Source: an uncultured Gammaproteobacteria bacterium
Lineage (GTDB): Bacteria > Patescibacteriota > Patescibacteriia > Patescibacteriales > GWE2-39-37
DNA length: 64,000 bases
Assembly (NCBI GenBank): GCA_964443495.1
Contig: CAYUCS010000001.1
Coordinates: forward strand, 75,542 to 139,541
Reading direction: 5' to 3'
Shown: one piece after another, positions 42,117-51,200 of the stretch
Position numbering within the stretch: the stretch's first letter is position 1
How the letters are laid out: the number at the start of each line of letters is the position of its first letter
The notes under the pieces: generated by a model
What the model was told of the DNA's origin: nothing
Databases searched by the model: none
Seen by the model: the letters and a program-made list of their open reading frames with translations, nothing else
Made by a program: the position numbers and the translations under genes

Positions 42117-43079
42117 CTAAATCTTGCTGATAAGCCAGCGGCCGTCGGGTTGTTTTTCCAAGTGGAAGTTGATCGTAACTTTGTAACCCCCGAGCGAGAA
42201 AAATACGTCAGTTGAGTATATTTTTTGGGTTGCTGTCGAGTTGGTCAGCCTGGCACCGGAGAGCATGTTGGCGAAAGTCAGGCGCCCGTCGCTTTTCAAG
42301 AATCCGATGGTGTAAGAAATCTGGCCATGCATGGAGGGAGTGAAAAAGGACAGCGCCTTTCCGGTGTCGTTCGCCCGGATCGCATCAGCCGCCCCATCCA
42401 GGACGGATTCGGTGGTCGTGGCGGGCTGATCGGGGTTGGTTGCAAGGTACGAGTAGTCGATAGTGATGTTTTCCAGGTTGGAATCCGAGATGCCAAGACC
42501 GAGTTGCCGCATAACCGCCAAAGCCGTGGCCGGAGAACCTAAGTAATAGCGCTTGCGGTCGAGCGGATTGATGTACCAAGCCTGGCCCTTGCTTTCGACT
42601 TGCAAAAGGATCTTGCCCTTGACTCGTTCAGACAGGCTCGAGTTCATGGATAATCTGCCCCAACCGAAGGGATTGAACTGTTTTTGCAGCTCAGTTTTGT
42701 CGGAAAAGCTGTCTTTGTCGGTGTCGGCATTGAGGATGCTCGTTCCAAGGGCCTCTTCCAGGTCGTCGTTAAGGCCATCGTTATCGGTGTCCTTGCCGCT
42801 TACAGAGATTAATCCGACGGGCAGTTGGTAAAGGTCGGCGTTGGTCACGCCAGCGCCAAGGCGTTTCATAACGGACAGGGCATCGGCCGGCCGCCCCAAA
42901 TAGCTGCGTTTCTGGTCGAGCGGGTTGACATACCAGGCCTCGCCCTTGCTTTCGACTTGCAACAATATCCGTCCGGCCAGCCTGAGAGCTAGCGGCTCGG
43001 CAGCTTTGGCGGCAAAGCCGCAAACGGCCGCTGCGGCCGCCAACGAGAGAATGAGTGATTTGCGGTGCTGGTTATTCAT
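42117..43079 (-). CDS. Secreted protein with an internal ~50-aa duplication and Asp-rich (DxDxDG-like) calcium-binding-type repeats
   Basis: Signal peptide. The GRILLQVESKGEAWYVNPLDQKRSYLG...MKRLG and GKILLQVESKGQAWYINPLDRKRYYLG...MRQLG repeats. DTDNDGLNDD and DTDKDSFSDK. Confidence 0.5.
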   Translation of the reverse strand: MNNQHRKSLILSLAAAAAVCGFAAKAAEPLALRLAGRILLQVESKGEAWYVNPLDQKRSYLGRPADALSVMKRLGAGVTNADLYQLPVGLISVSGKDTDNDGLNDDLEEALGTSILNADTDKDSFSDKTELQKQFNPFGWGRLSMNSSLSERVKGKILLQVESKGQAWYINPLDRKRYYLGSPATALAVMRQLGLGISDSNLENITIDYSYLATNPDQPATTTESVLDGAADAIRANDTGKALSFFTPSMHGQISYTIGFLKSDGRLTFANMLSGARLTNSTATQKIYSTDVFFSLGGYKVTINFHLEKQPDGRWLISKI

Positions 43080-43114
43080 GGGATATTTGGTATAATTGAA
43101 TTATAAACCATAGA

Positions 43115-43579
43115 ATGATATTTATGAAGCTGCCATATAAAAAGATCGCATTCTGGTCGATATCAGCCCTCGTCGTCAGCGGTGCAGCATTCGCGGTATT
43201 CGGCCTGGTCCAATTAAGGGAATTCAAGCAGGTGGCCAATGCTACCGGCGGTTTGCCGTGGCAGGATGCCGGCAAGATTTCCTATGTCCAGATGGGCTGC
43301 ACGCGCAGCTGTATGGGCAAATGCTGCTGCGCGTTATGCGATGCTTCTTGCGAAGGATCGACCCAGATAAACTTTACCGGCCAGCAGGGCACGATGTTCA
43401 TGTGCGTTCCGGCCGGGTTCATGTACAAAGGCGGCGGCACGATTCCGATGATGGGGACCGATATCATCGCCGGCGGCATTAGCAATGTCATGCCGATGGT
43501 AGTCGGTATCCCTGGCATGGCAGCTAGCAGGATGCAGCGTCTGGCCGATGCTTTCGGCCGTTTATTCAATTGGCTTTAA
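43115..43579 (+). CDS. Small secreted/membrane Cys-, Met- and Gly-rich protein
   Basis: N-terminal TM, then CTRSCMGKCCCALCDASCEG and a Met/Gly-rich tail. Confidence 0.45.
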   Translation: MIFMKLPYKKIAFWSISALVVSGAAFAVFGLVQLREFKQVANATGGLPWQDAGKISYVQMGCTRSCMGKCCCALCDASCEGSTQINFTGQQGTMFMCVPAGFMYKGGGTIPMMGTDIIAGGISNVMPMVVGIPGMAASRMQRLADAFGRLFNWL

Positions 43580-43582
43580 TCC

Positions 43583-44440
43583 ATGGCCGACCTGCTTAAG
43601 CAAACCCAAGAATTATGCCAAACCTACGGCATTAAGCCTGCCCATTCCAAGGGGCAGAATTTTTTAATAAAAGAAGAAATATACGATAAAGTCGTCGAGG
43701 CCGCGGAGGTGAACAAGGATGACGTAATTCTGGAGGTCGGGCCCGGCTTGGGCTTTTTGACCGCCAAGCTGGCGCAAAAAGCTAAGCAGGTAGTGGCGGT
43801 GGAGATCGACGAGAAACTGGCTGATTTTTTGAAAATGGCCATGTTAAGCAAAAAAATATCCAATGTGGCCATAGTCAATGAAGACGTGACAAAACTATCT
43901 TTGAATCTGGGCAGTTCGACCCGTTATAAAGTGGCGGCCAACCTGCCTTATAATATAACCTCGTTTTTTTTACGTAAATTCTTGACGAGCGGCCATCGCC
44001 CGGCCTTGATGTCTGTATTGATACAAAAAGAAGTGGCCGAGCGTATCGTGGCCAAGGCAGGAAACATGAGCCTATTGGCCTTGTCGGTCCAGTTTTACGC
44101 CGATGCTGAAATAATCGCTAATGTTCCGCCTGAATCGTTCTGGCCAGCCCCCAAGGTGGATAGCGCCATAATCAAGATCAGGACTTATGGCGAACAAGAG
44201 CGTGCAACAAGGGGATTGGCGAACCTTGATGAAAAAAAGTTTTTCCGTTTGGCTAAGTTCGGCTTTAGCGCAAAACGAAAAATGCTTAAGAATAATCTGG
44301 CGGCCGGTTTTCATGTAACGGTGGCCGAGGCCCAGGCAAAAATCGAACAAGCCGGCCTTGACAATAAGGTCAGGGCGGAAGCCTTGTCGCTTGAACAGTG
44401 GCTGAGGTTGTACGGTTTATGGTTTGAAAGTATCGGCTAA
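43583..44440 (+). CDS. rsmA: 16S rRNA (adenine1518-N6/adenine1519-N6)-dimethyltransferase
   Basis: KGQNFLI...ILEVGPGLGFLT SAM motif, NLPYNI. Confidence 0.9.
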   Translation: MADLLKQTQELCQTYGIKPAHSKGQNFLIKEEIYDKVVEAAEVNKDDVILEVGPGLGFLTAKLAQKAKQVVAVEIDEKLADFLKMAMLSKKISNVAIVNEDVTKLSLNLGSSTRYKVAANLPYNITSFFLRKFLTSGHRPALMSVLIQKEVAERIVAKAGNMSLLALSVQFYADAEIIANVPPESFWPAPKVDSAIIKIRTYGEQERATRGLANLDEKKFFRLAKFGFSAKRKMLKNNLAAGFHVTVAEAQAKIEQAGLDNKVRAEALSLEQWLRLYGLWFESIG

Positions 44441-44496
44441 TAGCAATTTTTATAATCTTTAGTCGCTAAACTTTAGCCCTGCCTGCCGGTAGACGT

Positions 44497-44518
44497 TTTT
44501 TTAAAAAGCTCTTGGAGC
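44497..44518 (+). terminator. Hairpin AAAGCTC-ttg-GAGCTTT plus ttgtt after rsmA
   Basis: 7-bp stem and a short T-run. An extended -10 (TGtTATAAT) follows. Confidence 0.4.
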
Positions 44519-44562
44519 TTTTTGTTGCCTTGTGTTATAATAAGTGCATAAATATTTCCCCC

Positions 44563-45246
44563 ATGCTTGAGGACTCTAAGGAGGTCAACAATCAAGAGTC
44601 TGGGCCGCAAGAGCCGGCGCAGGCAGCTCGTCCAAGTATCAATAAGAACCAGAAATTATTTCTGGCTGTTTTGCTATTGATCGGTTTATCAATGATCGGC
44701 CTTTGGGCGGCACAGCTGCGACAGGGGATTTACCAGCCTTTCCGTCCCAAAAATAGCGGTACTTCCGAAAATGCCCCAGCTGTCGACAATCAGCTTTCCG
44801 AGCAGGCCGACACGGACAAGGACGGACTTTTGGACGTGGATGAAACCGGGGCCTATGGAACGTCGCCATATCTTGAAGATACTGACGGTGACAATATTAA
44901 CGACGGCGCCGAGGTTAGGGCTGGCACTGACCCTAATTGCCCTGAAGGTAATAAGTGCGGCGCCCCCACGACCAGCGGCGCGGAAAATGGCACCACCTCC
45001 GCCGCCATCATCAGCGATGCGGCCACGTCTTCCCCAGCTGCAAAAACCGCTACGCCCGCATCCCAGACTGATTCATCTGCCGGCGGCCTTTCGGAGCAGG
45101 ACATGAAAAACATGCTTGAAGGCAAGATGAGCGCTAGCGCTTTGCGCCAGGCTTTGCTCAAATCAGGGGCCGACCCCAAATTGCTTGACCAGCTGAGCGA
45201 CGAGGACCTGGTGAGCAGCTATAAGAAGTCTCTCAATAGCCAATAA
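44563..45246 (+). CDS. Membrane-anchored protein with Asp-rich DxDxDG calcium-binding-type repeats
   Basis: ATG at 44563 after a TGnTATAAT promoter element. TM LFLAVLLLIGLSMIGLW. DTDKDGLLDVDETG and DTDGDNINDGAE. Confidence 0.45.
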   Translation: MLEDSKEVNNQESGPQEPAQAARPSINKNQKLFLAVLLLIGLSMIGLWAAQLRQGIYQPFRPKNSGTSENAPAVDNQLSEQADTDKDGLLDVDETGAYGTSPYLEDTDGDNINDGAEVRAGTDPNCPEGNKCGAPTTSGAENGTTSAAIISDAATSSPAAKTATPASQTDSSAGGLSEQDMKNMLEGKMSASALRQALLKSGADPKLLDQLSDEDLVSSYKKSLNSQ

Positions 45247-45269
45247 CGGTAAATTGATAAGCAAAATAT

Positions 45270-48200
45270 ATGTACAAATGGTTTAAGGCAAAATTTATAA
45301 AAGCATCAATTTCGGTGTTGGCCGTCGTTTTAATTTCCGGATCTCTTGGCCTGATGTTTGGAGTCGGTAGAGCCGATGCCGCGGGCGAGTCTTTTCCGGC
45401 AAGCATGCCTTGGGTTACTCCGGTTTCCAATCCTTTTGATATTAAAACTTCCGATCAGTCGGCTCTAAGTTCTTACGCGCAACTGTACAAAAAGCAAGAG
45501 GAGCAGAAGCAGACTTCTATTTGGGGCACTTTGAAGGATTACGCGAGCAAGCTCAAGGATTGGGCTCGGGAAGATTTGTGGAACGAGGTGGTCGTGGCTG
45601 GCGGCTCGAAAGCGCTTGGCTCCGCAGTGCGAAACGCTTTGAATACCATTGCAATGGACACCGCCACCTGGCTCGGATCCGGCGGCAATGGCCAAAAACC
45701 ATTATTTTATACCGAAGGATGGGGCGCCTATCTGACCAATGTAGCCGACAACGCAGCTGGCACTTTTGTCGAGCAGCTTGGCAAACAGAACGGTTATGCC
45801 AAGTTCAATCTCTGTAAGCCGAACTTCGCTCTGCAAATGAAGATCGGCTTGGGACTGGTGCAGTCGGTCAAACCATCCGCGCCAGCCTGTACCTTTTCTA
45901 AATTGGTCAGCAACTGGGAGAACGAACTTTCCAGCGAGGATTTCATGGACAAGATACAGTCGTCCTTCGATCCTACAAACAATGATTTCGGAGTAGCGTT
46001 TTCTTTGCAGACCGGCATGTTCCAGCAGATCAATGAAGATAAATATTCGAAATTACTGACCCGCCAAGAGGGCCAGGGGTATATCAATCAAGGAACAAGC
46101 AAGATCGGCGAATCGCTTGGTTTGCCAGCCAAATCAGAAGTCGAGCGCAAGAATTACCTTGATGCCGGCATGAAGGCCAATGCGATCACGCAGTATACCG
46201 GCTATGCGCTAGTAGATGCTGCAAATGTCTTTATTAACCAATTGGCCATAACCGCCTTCAACGAATTGATGAAAAAGCTGGGCGGCAAGAACTACTCTTC
46301 CGGCTACGGCAACTGGAACAGCCTTATCAGCAACTTCAAGGCCGGTCCGGATGCCACTATCGGCGGAGGTATCGCCGCCACGAAAAATCAGCTTCGCAAG
46401 ATCGGAGAACCTCAGTTCAATGTCCGAGGCGATTACAACATCTTGTCAGAATTAAGCTCCTGTCCCAAGCCGGACAAGGCCGGTCCGACCAATTGCGTCA
46501 TCGATGATAAATTCAAGCAGGGAATCCTGGACAAGAAAACCGTGGCCGAAGCCATCAAGCTCGGCTATCTTAACGGGGAGAAGATTGTCGGCTTCTCGAG
46601 CGATGGCGTCGAGCCGCGCTATACGGACGCTTATCCATATCGATCTCTGATAATCTTGCGCAAATTCCGCATCTTGCCCGTCGGCTGGGAAATTGCCGCC
46701 CAGTATATCCGTGACAATCTCGATCCGACAAAGCCTAATGGTGTAGGACCGAAATCCCTGGGTGATTTAGTGGCGTGCTTCGATCAGAATGACGAATATC
46801 CTGGATACTATGCTGCCTGGTGCCAAGGCCTGGTGGATCCGAATTGGCTTTTGAAATCACCATTGAATTATTGCCGTCGCGAGGGACCAGGACCGGAAAA
46901 CATCTCCGATGATGAAGCGACTCTGGTCAGGGGAGACAAGTATTGCGCCGACGAGCAGTCTTGCATCAAGGAAAAGGCGGATGGCTCTTGCGAATATTAC
47001 GGCTATTGCACCGAAGAGCGCCGCAAGTGGAAATTCAATTCCGAATCCTGCGAACCATTGTATAACACCTGCCAAACTTTCAAGAGTGAGAGCGGAGCCT
47101 CGGTTTCTTATTTGAAAAATACCCTTGATTATAGCGGATGCTCCGTGGACAATGCCGGCTGTACCGATTACTGTACAGCTTACAACTTCGCAACCGGCAA
47201 GTATGCCTGTACCGCCACTTCTACCGGCAATAAGGTCTTTTTGGATCGCGATGCCGGCAGCTGCGATCAGAAGGCCGAAGGTTGTACCTCTTTCATCAGG
47301 ACGAAAGAGGGCACGGGCGCTAACCTGCTGTTGAATTCCAGCTTTGAAGACGATTTGGCCACTGGCGCTTGGGCCGCCCTGGGTGCGACCACCTCCGATG
47401 CTTTTTCCGGCTTCAGCAGCTTACAGCTCACGCCTGGCGTATTGACAAAGAATTTTTCTGCCGGCCCGGGGTTAACTTATGTCGGCGGCGAGTATAATAT
47501 AGAAGGCGAGTCGTATACGATTTCCCTGTACTCCAAAAACTGTCCGGCTGGCAGCACGGTTTCTTTGATGGACGGCGCCAATACCGAGTCTGTTTCGATC
47601 GAGTCGGCCGGCACGTGGACATTGAATTCACTTTCCCATGTCTTCATGAGTTCCGGTCCAGCCTTTGATTTCCAATTCAACACCCCTGGCGGCTCGAGCT
47701 GCTTGATTGATGCGGTAAAGATCGAAAAGAGCATCGGCGCTACGCCGTATAGCGAGTACGGTACGACCGGCTTAGTACACGAGAAATACGCACCGAGCTA
47801 CCTTGGCTGCGATGGCGTGGCTGATCCGGCGGAGTGCAAAGATTTTGCCAGAAGCTGCAAATTCGAGGAGGTCGGTTGCGAGCTGTATACTCCGGTCAGC
47901 GGGGATATGCCCGTTCCAGGCAAAGTCAAGCCAGCAGACTACTGCGTGGCCGAATGCGTCGGCTTTGATACCTATCTGCAGTCTCAGACCACTTTCGATT
48001 CATTGCGGCCGGATTATTTCATTCCGAAGACGGCCAAGGCCTGCAGTGCTGAAACCAATGGCTGCGACCAGTTTACTAATCTGGACAAACTTGGGAGCGG
48101 TGCCGAGGCGACCGAATATTATTCATATCTGCGTCAGTGCATTACTTCCGGCGGCACGCAGTTTTATACTTGGGAAGGCTCGAACGAGACTGGCTTCCAG

Positions 48201-51200
48201 TTGAAGGTCGTATCTTTGAAGGCTGATACCGACGCTCACCCGTGGGGTCCGCTCGACCTCGATGGTAACCCGGTTACGCCGAATGTGGCTGATTACATGG
48301 GTGACCCGGCCATAACTGGCGATCGTTTGCAGGAAGTTGCCAAGTGTAATGAACGGATATACCAACTGAAGCAGACTGACCCGGGCTATAATCCTGATTG
48401 CCGCGAATATTATAATACGGCCGGTGTAAAATCCTACCATCTCTATAGCCAGACTATCAGCGAGGACGCCAATTGCCATCCTTATCGCCGCACAGAAGTC
48501 AATATCGACCCTTCCATCACAGTCGCTGGCGCGTGCGTCGGTGCTGACAGGAATTGGAACGCCGCGACTGGCGAGTGCGCGGTCTGCATCAATGGCGGCA
48601 CGTGGAACGTGCAGCAGGGCGCTTGCGTCTATCAGGCCATTCCTGGCCAGGGAACCCAGTGTTCGGCTGCCGCGAATGGCTGCCGCGAGTACACTGGCAA
48701 CACCGGCCAGAGCGTAAGGATCTTGTCAAATAGTGATTTCGAGGACAGCACATTGCAGGGTTGGACCAATTTCAATGGCGCAGCGGCACCGACGCTCAGT
48801 CCCGAGTCAGTCAACATGGGCGGCCACTCTATCTATGTCCAGACCGCTGCGAATAATCAGGGCATAGTGCTTAAAATGCCGACTTCAACCATGCAGGTTG
48901 GCGGGTCTTATGCGATAACATTGATTGCCAAGACACGGACTCCGGTCAATCTCAAGGTGCGTCTTACCAACGCGGCTGCCGCCAATGTCGATTTTGTCGG
49001 CGTCGGAGCGTTAACGGCCGATTGGCAGATGTATCGGGCTAACCTTTCTGAGATGACGGTCGTCGAGGCAGAGAACTTGATTATCGAGGCGGATGTTCCG
49101 GCGGAGTTCTTTGTTGATAACATCAAGCTCACGGAAATATCCAACCGCTTCTATTTGATCAAGAATTCTTGGAATACGCCAGAGACCTGCAATCAGGATT
49201 TGAACAAGAAGCCTTATCCTTTATATATGCTTGGTTGCAATGAGTATAAGGACAGGGATAACCTGACTCACTATTTGAGGTCGTTCTCTTATCTTTGCGG
49301 CGAAGGTTCGGTCGGTTGCGAATTGATGGTTGACATTCACAATTCGACCAACCCGCTTCAGGAGAGTTATAATGCCGTTACGGCTAGGGCAGAGGATGAC
49401 TTGACGGTCCAGGCCGACAACTATGTTTATGCGGTTTATGACAAGAAGAAGCTGTGCCAGTCTGAAGATGTCGGTTGCCAGCGCTTAGGCAAGCCTTACG
49501 ATTATTCCGGCGAACGGCTCCACTCCGACGTGTATCTTAAAAATAACCCCGATAATTATAAGAAGGCGATGTGCGACTATCCCGGCTTAAGCTGCGACGA
49601 ATATGCATCCGGCGATAGCATGACCTATTTCAAGAATCCTGGAGATCTGACTTGCGAGTGGCGCCCGGGTCCGAAAAACGTCTTTGCCTGGTACAAGAAG
49701 AAGGTGAAACGTTGCAATGCCACCGGCCCTGTTTGTTCGACTGATAAGGATTGCGTTTCGCCCCAGAAATGCGAAACCGAAACGGCTGACATATTGTGCT
49801 CAAACGATGCCGGAGTCAATCCGAAAACTTTCGGCATCGGTACCGGTTTCCGCACGGCCCAACCGACAAGGGATGCTGCCGGGGCAAATTGGGTCGGCGT
49901 CTGCCCGGCAGAAGAGTCCGGCTGTACCGAATTCATCGATCCTAAGAGCAGTTTCAACCAGAACCTGCTATTCAATAACGATTTCGCGCAGAACATCAAT
50001 CTTGGAGATGAGCCTAACCGTGACGGCTGGCCCGGAAATATTCAGGGGGTGAAGCTGGATGCCAATACATTGTATGTCCTGAGTGGCACCGGTAATGCCG
50101 GCAGCAGCGTGACGGTCGGCAACTGCACCTCGGCTATCGGCGGTTCAAACGTCAGCCTTTTGGATGCCGCAACCAACTCGTTAAATGCTCCTGCAGCAGC
50201 AGTCACTTTGACGCTCGGGGTCTCGCCGACCAAGACCAGCCTAGCTTTTTATTCTAACAATTCCATAAGATGCAATATCAGTGTCGTGCCGGCCGGTCCA
50301 TTGACTGGCTTGGATTTGGGATTGTATAAAGCCGCCGTCGATTACCAAGTGGACAAGAATCTCGACAGCACCAGCTGCAACGGCCTGGTTGACCAGAGTC
50401 AGGGTTGCGTATTGTTCAATAAGCGGGGGCAGGATGGAGCATCGGTCACGAGCTTGAATTACGATGTCGATACGAGCAGCAGCAGCCCGTCCGTGAGCGT
50501 CGGAATCGAGCGAGATTCCAATATCCTGCTCAAGGTTGCCCCAGACCGCATTTGCGACAAATGGCTTTCTTGCAGATCATCGGTTACCCTGAAAGATCAG
50601 GACGGCAACGACAAGAATGTCTGTCTCGATATCGCACTATGCAACCAGTTCGGCTTCGAAGGCGGCTGCAACGGCACCATCAGCAAGGATAGAAATAATC
50701 AGACCTACAATTATCCGAATCTTGGCGGCGGCCTCTTGAGCGCCAACCAGGTCGGCAACATTAGTGGCTATGCCAAGGTAGGCAAGAATCAGGCCGGTCA
50801 GACCGATGCCCAGATCCCATTCGGTTCGATGCTCCAGTACGGCGCTTCGGCCAACGTTTACAATGGCAACATGGAGCTTGCTGGCGAAAACGGTTATCCG
50901 ATCGGTTGGAAATATCATCTTTCTAACGATGTGTGGGACGAGAAGTCTTTCAAGGTAATTAACACGGTTGCTGCCGTCCAGAATGAAGGCGTCGGCGGCG
51001 CGCCGGAAGGCAGCGGCATCCTGAAGCTCGGCGTCAGGCACGTAATCACTTCAAATTCATTTACCGTCAAGGGTGGCGAGTTTTATATTCTTCAGGCGCA
51101 GGTGAACACCGCCAGGCTGAAGGGCGATGACAATGCCGACCGTGTGCACATGAGGTTTATTTGCATCGATAACGCTATGGCAGAAATCCAGATGGACGAT

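Noticed and set aside
44512-44562. TTG-start extension (MELFVALCYNKCINISP) of the 44563 gene
   Set aside because: Overlaps the terminator hairpin and the TGnTATAAT promoter element. The ATG at 44563 is downstream of these.
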